Assembly (NCBI GenBank): GCA_051294375.1
Contig: CM119271.1
Span: 15,940,770-16,004,769, forward strand
Reading direction: 5' to 3'
Source of the DNA: Paraspadella gotoi
Lineage: Eukaryota; Animalia; Chaetognatha
Length of the DNA: 64,000 nucleotides
How positions within the stretch are numbered: the stretch's first letter is position 1; each line of letters starts with the position of its first letter. Below, one piece after another: positions 26,301-37,212 of this stretch. The notes under the pieces were generated by a model. That model did no database searches. It was given only the letters and a program-made list of their open reading frames with translations, and was not told the origin of the DNA. The position numbers were made by a program, and so were the translations under genes.

Positions 26301-29300
26301 TTTATATCCAGCTTTATCACACACTTTCCTACCCACACACAAAATTTAATTCCAATCCAACCAGCCAATCACGAGTTATTGGAGCTTTTTGCTAAGGTGG
26401 GACGGATAAACGGATTGATTGACTAATTAATTAATTATTGATTAATTTATTTACTAATTGATTAATTAACTGATTAATTATTTGATTTATTAATACATCC
26501 TCTCTCTCAAATACAAAAGGAAAAAGAAGCATAATCAATTAGTAAAACAGGTTTTTGTTTTTTTCCATTTAAACTCATTTCCACTCAAACTATTCCATCG
26601 AAACTTGATTTCCTGTTCAATCACACACTTTCCTACCCATATACAAAATTCCAGGTCAATCAGCCCATCCACTCATGAGCAATTGGTGTTCAAATAGTGA
26701 ATATATTTTTTTGTTTTTTCCATTTAAACTCATTTCCACTCGGACGATTCCATCGAAACTTTATATCCAGCTCAATCACACACTTACCTGTCCACACACA
26801 AATTTCATTCAAATCCATCCATCCAATCACGAGTAATTTGTGTTTTTTGCTAAGGTGGACGGACGGACGGACGACATCATTTTTTTTGCATAATTTATCA
26901 TAATTCGATGTTCTGACATGATATAAGTTAGTGCCCGACAATATTGAGGGGGCGGACCGACGGACCGACAAAGTGAATTATAGAGTCGGGATCTGCTGAT
27001 AAGCAGATCAAACTAAAAATTTTGACCTGTGCCAAAAAGTTTTTTAAAATGACTTAACTTAAGTTCCTATGTATTGCAGGACTACCCAATGCCCACCTAA
27101 TACTATAATTTTAAACCATAATATTCACAAATAAAGAAGGTATGCATCATAGAAAAAAATGACCCATCTAAAATATCAACACTGATAAATATGGCAAAAA
27201 TATTTTTGATAGTAAAAACATTTCTACAGAATTTTACAAACCCTCTTGAGTACAAGTTATCAAAATTTTCAGAAAAAAATTCGAGACAGTTTGAGTTTAA
27301 TTTTGACAACGATTTTGTTTTATTGTAAAACAGACATGTTTCGGCTTTATTTCAAGCCTTCATCAGCGTTCATCAGCCTTCATCAACGCTGATGAAGGTT
27401 TGAAATAAAGCCGAACCATGTCTGTTTTACAATAAAACAAAATCGTTGTCAAAATTAAACTCAAACTGTCTCTAATTCTCTCAAACAACGAAAAGAGAGG
27501 ATCTATATCACGAATAAACAATTTCTTAATTTATTAGAGCTATGCCATAGAGTGGAGCACTGGGGAACATAAATTTTATTTGAGTGAACAAACAAGGATA
27601 TTTAGACGTGAGATAGTATGATTAAGGAGTACAAACATATTTTGCTTATATTGTTTGGGGAACAGTATCATTAATTACAATATATTTATAGTAATATCCT
27701 TATAAAATCATAAATTTTTTAAATAATTTTTAAAAAAATTTTTATGATAGCTTTAACCTAAAAATATCATGTAACATATTTTACAAAAGATTTTTTTGTT
27801 TTTTCCGGCAAATCCGAAACTTCTTAAAATTAAAAAAATATGATTTTATAAGGATATTACTAGAAGAAACGAAATTTTCGTGGAACACCAAAATAATTTT
27901 ATTAGCATAAAATTTGGACATGTTTCGGATTTGTTCTTCAAGCCTTCATCAGCATTTGAAAAAGACACAAACATTTTTTACAAATATTGAGTTGGTGAGA
28001 GAGAAATAGAGTTTCCAACAAAGAATTTAGTAAGGGACAGTGGTCAGATGTGAGAATAGGTGAAGATGAGGACAGGGATGAAGAGAGAGTAAAAGTGAAA
28101 TTTGGTGAAAGGTGAGAGTGAGAGAGAGAGAGAGAGAAAATCACTGTGCAAAATATACATTTGGTAATGTACAACAAAGAATAAATGGTGTTGAAAAGAC
28201 TAAACATAACAGAGAATTAATAAATAAATAAGTGAATTAGTTAATAATTAATTCTTTGTTGGAAACTCTCTCTCTCTCTCATTAACATTAACTAATTCAC
28301 TTATTTATTTATTAATTCTCTGTTATGTTTAGTCTTTTCAACACCATTTATTCTTTGTTGTACATTACCAAATGAATATTTTGCACAGTAATTCTCTCTC
28401 TCTCACTTTTACTCTCTCTTCATCCCTGTCGTCATCTTCACCTATTCTCACATCTGACCACTGTCCCTTACTAAATTCTTTGTTGGAAACTCTCTCTCTC
28501 TCTCACCAACTCAATGTTTGTAAAAAATTTTTGTGTCTTTTTCAAATGCTGATGAAGGCTTAAAGAACAAAGACGAAACATGTCCAAATTTTATGTTAAT
28601 AAAATTATTTTGTTGTTCCACGAAAATTTTGTTTCTTCTAATTCAACAAAACAACAAAAAAGAAAGGATATTACTATAAAAAAAATTCAATTAATGATAC
28701 TGTTGTAAGTGGTTTCGGATTTTTTATTTGAAAAATTGCTTCAATGGGCAATAGCCAGACATCCAGACAACTTCCCATAAAATCCTAAAGCCTATAAAAG
28801 GAAAAGTTATTCCATGTTCAGACGTACGACATTCTAGGTTTCCGGTACAGTATCATTTCCGAAATTGTAGCGCAATAATTTTTAAATGTAAATGCTGCAA
28901 ATCAAATCTAAAAGCTTATTTCTCTTTCAGGAGCCGGTTCAGCATCAGGAACAGCTGCTGCTTCTACCACACCTTCTGCTCCCAATCCTCCTCCCCACGC
29001 TGCTGATCCGGAAAAGCGTAAGTTAATTCAGCAACAACTAGTTCTTCTCCTTCACGCTCATAAATGTCAAAGGAGAGAAGCCCAGCCAAACAACGGCGAC
29101 CGTCAGCAGTGCACCTTGCCTCATTGTCGAACCATGAAAAATGTCTTACAGCATATGACAACCTGCAGTGCTGGTAAAAGTTGTCAGGTGCCTCATTGTG
29201 CCAGCTCGAGGCAGATTATCACTCACTGGAAGAACTGTAGTAGTACGACTTGCCCTGTCTGTTTACCTTTAAAAGAAGCTCCCAACAATCGTAACAATCA

Positions 29301-32300
29301 AACGGGGTTGAGCCCCAATGCTGCTTTGAACGATTTTATTAATTCTTCGGGAAATTCAACTCAGCCTACCCAAACTACAGCCAGTGGTGGGCTCGTCGGA
29401 CAGATTCAAGGGCCTCAACTAAGTGTTCAAGGAAATTGTACTTCGGTTTCCTCTCCTCCTATCAGAGCTCCGGCCCAGCCAATGACAACGAGTTTTATGT
29501 CTCAACAGCCCGGTGTAAGATGCCAGTCTCCTATTTCTGTTCAAACATCAGGGAACCAGGGACAAAATATGGTGTCTCAATTACAGATTGGCCCTAATAG
29601 CAACATCGTAGCACATCCTGCAAATGCGTTGTCACAACCAGGGATTACCACTATCAATCCAAACCTGCAACCGACTGCACAGCAGCAACAACAGCAGCAG
29701 CAACAAAATCAGAATACGGGTCCTATGATGAACCAACCTGTTTCTATGGGAACCGGTATTCCTTCAACGTCTGCCACTACTTCAGCTGCGGAAAGTAGCT
29801 CAATTCCTAGTACCTTGCAAATTATCGCAACGAGTTCTGCGGTCAGTAAGCCCTGGCACAAGGATATAAATTTGCACCTAAGAAATCACCTTGTCCAAAA
29901 GCTTATTCAAGTTATTCTCCCAAATAACATTGATCCTTCTGCTGTTCGAGATAAAAGGATGATTAATTTGGTTGCTTATGCTAAAAAAGTCGAGGGGGAC
30001 ATGTATGAAGCTGCATCCAGTCGAGAAGAATATTACTACATGCTCGCTGAAAAGATATATAAAATTCAGAAAGAATTGGAGGAGAAACGTGTTAGAAGAG
30101 CAACGGCAAACGCAGCTAATACCCAAAAAGAAACTGTTTCTCAACCTCAGCCTCCTCCTAATACCACAGTAAGTGGAACTGACAGTCAGCAAAAGATAAA
30201 ATGGGCAGCAGATGAACTTCAAAGAGAACACAAAATGATGCAGTCTCAAATTAATAATGGTCCTAGAATGTCGTCTCCTCCTGGACAAGCTGTCAGTTCT
30301 TTAGCTCCTTCCATGTCCTTGGCTCAGCCGCCCATTCGTCCATCTGGATCTCTTTGTTCTTCTACAGTGGGGGGATCGATTTTAAGTACTACGGCACCAA
30401 TGTCTGTCACAATTGTGTCTCAAGGCAACCAAATGACACTACCAACTGTAACCACCGTACAGCAACAGACTCAGCTCTTACAGCAACAGTCTGTCAAGCA
30501 ATCGCCCAATGCGCAGATAGAAAGTTCAATACCTTCTGCCCAGAATCGGACCCAAAATTTGCTGAATCTTCCGACATCCATGTCTCAGCTGCCTCAGGCT
30601 CAACCTCAGCTACAAGTTACAAACCAACCTGTTTCGCAGCCGGTTCAAGTCAAAGATCCAATTAATACTGTTTCAGTAAATCTAGCTCAAATTAAAAGTG
30701 AATCTGATGTAAAGGTAGAACCCAGTCAAGATGTACCGATGGTTGAAACCTCGTCTTCCACTGTTAAAACTGAAACTAGCCTGGTCAAGTCTGAGCCCAT
30801 GGATACAACTGATATGAATGTTGAGGAAAAGGTTAAACCAGATATCAAAGTCGAAAAAATGGACACTAGTACAAAGAACGAAAAACATATTGAGGCTAAT
30901 GATAATAGTAAAGATTTAGAAAATAAAACTGATATTTCTAAACCAGTTTCAGCAACAGAAACTGAAGAAAAGCCTTCCGTATCAACTTCAGAAACAACTG
31001 TTTCTACTTCCTCTGAAACTGGTGCAAAGTCTCCCAAAGCTGAAGGTAGTACGGTTTCAAAGGGTGCTAGTTCAGTTGAGACAAAGGATGTAAAAGAAAG
31101 TAAAGATCCTAAGAGATTGTTTACTCCTGAAAAATTGCGCCAAGCGCTAATGCCTACTTTGGAAGCCTTATACAGATTGGAACCAGAATCTCTTCCATTT
31201 CGTCAACCTGTTGATGTTATGATACCTGATTACTTTGACATCGTTAAACATCCAATGGATCTCAGCACTATAAAACGTAAATTAGATACTGGAGTGTATA
31301 ATGACCCTTGGGAATATGTAGGAGATGTTTGGCTGATGTTTGACAATGCATGGTTGTACAACAGAAAAACCTCCAGAGTATATAAATTTTGTTCAAAGTT
31401 AGCAGAGGTGTTTGAACTTGAAATTGATCCAGTAATGCGAACACTTGGATATTGCTGTGGGAGAAAATTCGTTTTTCATCCTCAAGTCCTTTGTTGTTAT
31501 GGTAAACAACTTTGCACAGTACCCCGGGATGCAGTTTATTGGAGCTATGAGAATCGATATGTTTATTGCCAGAAGTGCTTTGATGAGATTCAAGGCGATC
31601 AAGTCACGATCGAGGAAGATCCTGGCCAGCCTGGACAGACTGTTAAAAAAGATCAATTTGTAAAATGTAAAAATGATACACTCGATCCTGAGCCATTTAC
31701 AAGTTGTAAACACTGTTCAAGAAAAATCCATCAGATTTGTGCTTTACACATGCCACAGATATGGCCTGAAGGTTATGAATGCGATAACTGTCTGAAGGAA
31801 AGGGCAACGAAACGAAAAGAAAATAAGTATCTCAGTAAACGGTTACCTTCGACCAAATTGGGGTCTTACCTCGAGAAAAGAGTAAATGATTTTTTGAGGA
31901 AGAAAGAAGCAGGTGCTGGTGAAGTTACTATTCGTGTAGTGTCATGTTCAGAAAAATATTGTGATGTTCGCGCCGGTATGAAAGCTCGATTTGTGGAGAA
32001 CAGTGAAATGCCAGAAAACTTTCCATATCGTGCAAAAGCATTGTTTGCATTTGAAGAAATTGATGGAGTTGAAGTTTGTTTTTTTGGAATGCATGTTCAA
32101 GAGTATAATTCTGAATGTCCACAACCTAACACAAGAAGAGTTTATATTGCATATCTTGATTCTGTCTATTTTTTTACTCCACGGGCTTATCGCACGTTAG
32201 TCTATCATGAAATGCTTATTGCCTATTTAGATTACGCAAAACAACTGGGGTTTGTTTTTGCTCATATATGGGCTGCTCCTCCCTCAGAAGGAGATGATTA

Positions 32301-35300
32301 CATCTTTCACTGTCATCCTCCAGAACAGAAGATTCCAAAGCCAAAACGATTGCAGGAATGGTATAAAAAAATGCTGGACAAAGGTATAATCGAAAGGGTT
32401 GTATGTGATTATAAAGATATTTTGAAACAATCTCAAGAAGATAAAGTTAATGCTGCTAATCAACTGCCATATTTTGAAGGTGATTTTTGGCCCAATGTTT
32501 TAGAGGAGAGCATTAAAGAACTGGAACAAGAAGAAGAAGAGAAAAAGAAACAAGAGGCTGAAGCCGCTGCCGCCCTTGCTACTAAAGCAGCTGATACACC
32601 TGCTGAGCTTGAAGATGATGATGACCTACCTGCAGAAGGGTCTGATAAGAATAAACAGGGCAAAAAGTCGAATAACAAAAGGACTAAACAGAACAAAAAT
32701 AAGAACAACCAACGAAAAAACACTAAAAAGGCAATCGCTCAGCCAGGAGCTAACGATCTTACTCAAAAAATGTTTGCAACAATGGAAAAACACAAAGAAG
32801 TTTTCTTCGTTGTTCGCCTAATTCCAGCTAATCAGGCTGACAATTTAGGGCCGATTAATGATCCTGATCCTCTTCTTTCTTCCGACTTAATGGATGGTCG
32901 AGATGCATTTTTAACCATGGCCAGTGAAAAACACTACGAGTTTTCATCACTTAGAAGAGCAAAGTTTTCAACAATGGCCATGTTGTATGAGTTACATAAT
33001 CAAGGGAGAGAAAGCTTTGTTTACACATGCAATCGCTGTAAGGCTCAAGTTGAAACAAGATGGCACTGCAAAGTTTGCGATGATTATGACCTTTGTATAC
33101 CTTGTAAGGAGAAAGAGGGTCATCCACATCCAATGGAGAAACTTGGTTTTGACCTTGATGATGGATCCTCTAACGCTGCATCGCAAAATCCGCAAGAATC
33201 CCGACGGCAGTCCATACAGCGGTGTATTCAATCTCTTGTTCATGCATGTCAATGTCGTGATGCCAATTGCCGCATGAATTCCTGCCAAAAGATGAAAAGA
33301 GTTGTTCAGCACACTCGGCAATGCAAGAAGAAGACCAATGGAGGATGTCAAATCTGCCGACAACTTATTGCTTTGTGTTGTTATCATGCCAAGCACTGCA
33401 GAGAAGATAGATGTCCAGTACCATTTTGCTTGAATATAAAGCAGAAGCTGAATCAACAACAAATGCAGCAGCGCCAGCAACAAGCTCTACTAATGAGAAG
33501 AAGAATAGAAAACATGGCGAGAGCCAATTTACCACAGCCACCTACCACTCCTCAGTCAACTAATCCCTCTCCTTCTCCAGCACCATCACCATCAAGTACA
33601 ACTATAAATGGTAAAAACATTGAAAACAATTCTAATCAATTTATGACAGTAGCATCCTCTTCAAGCGCTTCTTTTGTGAGTGGAAGTTCACCCATGTATC
33701 AAAATTCTCCCATGTCCGTGAGTAGTGGCACACCAGGAAGTGGACCTCCAATGAGTGCAATACAAGCTGCAAATGAAGTTTGCCGTGAGGCACAAATGGT
33801 GCAACCGATGACTAGCATTCCAGGTGTAATGCAGCAACAGCAGCATCAATTTATCCCAGGAAATTCGGGTAATATGGTAGGTCCTCAAGGACAAATACTT
33901 CCTGGTATGCAGACTCGCATGGTTAATCCCCAAGGGCCAAGAATGATGGCTCCGGGAGGTATGCAAGGAATTCCCAGAGGACCCATGACGTCACAAGCGA
34001 TGTCCACTCCAATGCAAGTTGGGCAGAGATGGAATTCACCCAACTCAAACGTTAATTTAACCATGCAACAAGGACCTCAAAGAATGCCTCCTGGTTCACA
34101 AGGTCAAATGATTAATCCTGGTGCAGTAACCTCAGTCAGTGGAATTGTTACTTCTCCAAACAATCCAAATGTTATGAATCCAATTCGTATGACAGGCCAA
34201 ATGAATCCTCCTCCTGGACCACTGCCGCAACGGCCTGATTTGCCTGTTCTTCATCAGGTTGTGCCACAGCCACAGCCTGGTGTTCAAGGAATTGCTGGAA
34301 ATCCTCAAATTGCTGGAAATCCTCAAAGACCACCCAATCAAGTCTTTCAGCAGTTTGTTCAAGCATTACGCGCTCCCAGTAATCCTGATCAGCAACGCCA
34401 TTTGTTGTCAATTTTGAAAAGTAATCCACAACTGATGGCTTGTTTCATCAAACAGAAAACCGCTCAGCAAGACCAACAGAGAGCTCAGAACCAAAATCAA
34501 AATAATCCTGGTATTCGACAGGCTGGTCCTGGAACATCAAATATGATGGTACCACAAGGCGGACAAATCATATCGGGACCTATTGGAAGCAATCAGCAGA
34601 TAAACCAAATGACTAGTGGTCAACCCAATACGCAACCAGGTCAGATGCAAATGCAAGGTGTTCAAAATGCCCCTAATATGATTATGGTCAATACGCAAGG
34701 AACTATGAATCAACAACCAATTAATACACAGATGAGTCAACAACAGCAGATAAACCAACCTCAAATGAATCAAGATCAGTTAAATCCTCAAATGAACCAA
34801 CAGATTAGTCAACAACATTTAAATTCACAATTAAATCCGCAGTTAACGCAGCAAATAAGTCAGCAGCAGATGACTCAACAGATGAATCAACAGCAACAAC
34901 AGATGAATCAACAACAAATGACTCAGCAGCAGCAGATGAATCAGCAACAAATGAATCAACAACAGATGAACCAACAACAAATGAACCCTCAGCAGATGAA
35001 TCAGCAACCGCAGCAGATGAATCCCCAGCAAATGAATCCACAGCAGATGAATCCACAGCAGATGAATCAACAAATTGGGCAACCAATGAACCCTCAGTGG
35101 ATACAAAGAGCTGGGATTATGCGAGTTTCACAGAATCAAATGCAGTTTCAGCAGCCGCAACCGACTGCAATGTTTCAACAGAGAATGCAGAATCCTCGGA
35201 TTAGCTTTGGTCAGCAAGGTGTTCAGATGCAAGGGCAAGTTCCAGTAAACAATATGGTTCTTCAACAACAACAAATGAGAATGCAAGCTGTTCAACAGCA

Positions 35301-35661
35301 GCAACTTATTCAACAATCACCCGGGCAGTCATCAGTCCAAAATGCAGTTCAACAAGCTCCTACGAATCCACAGATTATGGGTCAAGCTTCTCATGCCCCG
35401 ATCCCATCTCCAATTCCGTCACCCCTACCCCAATCTGTACGATCTCCACAACCCGTCCCTTCCCCTCATCGTCAGTCCACCCCACAGCCTCAACCGGCTC
35501 CATCTCCTAGGCAACCTCCACAGATGTCTCCGCATCATTCAGCTCTTTCGCCGCACCCTCATATTGGTCCTGGATTACAAGGAACGGGTCCAATCAATGA
35601 ACATGATGGATCACAGCTTACCGCTTCTGACCAGTTGACTCGATTTGCTGAAAAACTGTAG
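20394..35661 (+). CDS. CREBBP: CREB-binding protein/p300 histone acetyltransferase, ~2687 aa, 2 coding exons (20394-21726, 28931-35661)
   Basis: N-terminus [18 protein letters not shown] phase-1 GT..AG intron (21727-28930) joins in frame. Domains in order: TAZ1 ([22 protein letters not shown]), KIX ([22 protein letters not shown]), bromodomain ([20 protein letters not shown]), RING/PHD, HAT ([23 protein letters not shown]), ZZ, TAZ2, NCBD ([15 protein letters not shown]) and a Q-rich tail. Confidence 0.97.
22081..22512 (-). mobile_element. DINE-1/HINE-like 5' fragment
   Basis: Ends TTATAGAGTCGGAATCTGCAGATCCGACTAAAAA, the reverse complement of the family head. Confidence 0.75.
22589..23310 (+). 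mobile_element. Short complete (~720 bp) DINE-1/HINE-like element
   Basis: Both termini intact: T-run+AGTCGGATCTGC and GCAGATCCGACATTGTTTGCTCAAACTTGTT. (GTCY)n microsatellite present. Confidence 0.85.
24009..24692. mobile_element. MITE-like element inserted in a Helentron-like fragment
   Basis: Imperfect inverted ends (CTATGAAATTAAATTCAATAGGGG / CCTTATTGAGTTAGTCTCATAG). The internal block GATGGATTCTGATAGAGCATAAAAAGTTAAA is shared with ~44200-44755 in a CNOT9 intron and related to MITE family B. Confidence 0.55.
25624..27018 (-). mobile_element. Complete (~1.4 kb) DINE-1/HINE-like element
   Basis: Both termini present in reverse complement; colinear with the 11542 copy minus its central insert. 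Confidence 0.85.
27283..27502. mobile_element. Palindromic Penelope-like insertion (inverted plus direct pLTR fragment plus tail)
   Basis: ~88-bp near-perfect arms (27283-27370 and 27385-27472), each with a hammerhead core. Unpaired tail ends AAAAGAGAGGAT. Confidence 0.75.
27328..27371 (-). ncRNA. Minimal type-I hammerhead ribozyme (PLE-type)
   Basis: Minus strand GAACG-CUGAUGA-A-GGCUU-GAAAU-AAAGCC-GAAA-CAUG-UC^UGUUU. Both catalytic boxes are intact, with helix II, a palindromic CAUG helix III and helix I (GAACG/UGUUU). Confidence 0.75.
27663..28702. mobile_element. Small palindromic MITE split by a Penelope-like insertion
   Basis: Ends CAGTATCATTAATT / AATTAATGATACTG. Subterminal arm TAGTAATATCCTTATAAAATCATA is mirrored at 27839-27862 and continues after 28676. 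Confidence 0.7.
27863..28664. mobile_element. Penelope-like insertion with ~360-390-bp inverted pLTR arms, two hammerhead motifs and a 12-bp flanking duplication
   Basis: Arms ~27861-28250 and ~28282-28640. Hammerhead cores at 27917-27952 (-) and 28549-28584 (+). AGGATATTACTA is repeated at 27851-27862 and 28665-28676. Confidence 0.8.
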
Positions 35662-36849
35662 TTTGTACATGGATTAGGAAGAATTAATTGAAAAAAATGT
35701 TTACTACCCCATGAGCAGTTATCCATATGTAATTGCAAATAGGTATTTTCTGCTTGTATTTTTTATTGGCTTTGTTTTTGTAAAGATGGCTTCAAGTTTT
35801 CTATCATGCTTTTGTGAAGTAAAGGTGACCACTGACCAGCAGTTAAAATTTTTGAAAGTCAATTCAGCTTTCCTCAAGATTTTCATTCCATTGAGTTGTC
35901 AACACCGATTCTGATAGTTTTTTATTTAGTACCAAAATAATCATATGACACTAGTCATAGTGTAATTCATGTGCGTCAATGATGGAAAATCCATTGCATC
36001 TTGGATGCATATTTTTTTTTTCATTTGAATGAAATTCGTTAGCCATCTTGTACATAAAAGAATCGTAATATCTTTGTAGAGCAGATGTTTATACCATATA
36101 TTCTAGTTTTATGTCTGACAAGTTTGCGTTTGATTGTTGCATGAATATTTGATTTTTCGGTTAAATGAATGTAATTTATTATTTTATAATTAAATATATA
36201 AAGGCAATTGCCACAAGCTGCTGAATCTTGTGAATATCTGATATATAGATTTTTGAATAGAACTATTTGTTCTAATTTATCGGATTAAGCGTCAATCGTT
36301 TCATTTTAATCACTGGCCAACTTTATCTTCTGTATTACTTAATGCATGTTATCTCCCCAATGACGCACTTCTGGTTAATCCGTAATTAATGAGGATTCTT
36401 TTTATCAAGTGTTAATAATTTCAGTTAATGAGTTTTTTTTTAAATTATGATTTAAATCGCAAGAGATAATAACAAGTTTGTAAAAATGTATAGTTAATTA
36501 TTCAATACTTTAACTAATCATGGCTAATCCAAATCCATTGCTTAATATACTCGTTTAGTGAACAGGTAATAATAATATTGATGCCGAGATCTTAGTTTCC
36601 TTTTTACGAGTAAGTTTATGGAAGCGAGTTATAATAACAAAAGCAATTGACTTACGGTTTTTTCATTAGTTCGGTTATTTCCTTTCTTAAACATCTCATT
36701 GGTAAATATCGCATTTTTTTAGTTTTGTTTCGACGTTATTCGTATTTTAATTAAAAAAAATCATTTTAAAATTGTTTTTACATGATAAAGTATTGTACAG
36801 ACGTATCAAACGATGTATCAAAGATTTTTTTACCAAATCTCCCTTTTTA

Positions 36850-36947
36850 AATTGATCGAGCGGCCATTGGATCGATCGTTGTCGCCGCCGCGGGACAAGC
36901 GTCTCCAAGTCCCTTAACGATCGGGCCGATTGTCCGCTCGACTAATT
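36850..36947. other. Isolated GC-rich ~100-nt stem-loop between CBP and SmD3
   Basis: TCGAGCGGCCATTGGATCGATCGTT pairs imperfectly with AACGATCGGGCCGATTGTCCGCTCGA; inner hairpin GGGAC..GTCCC. Confidence 0.6.
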
Positions 36948-37212
36948 TATAATCTGCATTTTGTGTCATGTCTATAAGAATGTCTTTGCTTTTATTGTAA
37001 CACTCACGTATTTCTTCAAGATTATTAGTTTCGACGATGAAGTTACATAAAAGATACCGTGTACAATAATATCATGACATTCTGATTTGTTTCTCCTAGT
37101 TAAAAAAAAAAAAACTGCCGGAAAAGAAAGAAAAACTAAAAAAAAAAAAAAAAAATAAGAAAAACTTATTGTCATCAATTCTCGGTTTTCCGAATTCTCA
37201 ACAAAAAAAACA

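Larger units (their letters stand above)
22027..28850. mobile_element. Tc1/mariner-type MITE shell (~50-bp TIRs, TA flanks) inflated to 6.8 kb by nested insertions
   Basis: Left TA|CAGTACAGGAAACCTAGAATGTCGTAAGTCTGTACATGGAATAACTTTTCC; right GGAAAAGTTATTCCATGTTCAGACGTACGACATTCTAGGTTTCCGGTACAG|TA. Confidence 0.75.

Noticed and set aside
27938-28563. Duplicated small proteins (..[21 protein letters not shown]..) on opposite strands
   Set aside because: Artefact of the inverted pLTR arms.
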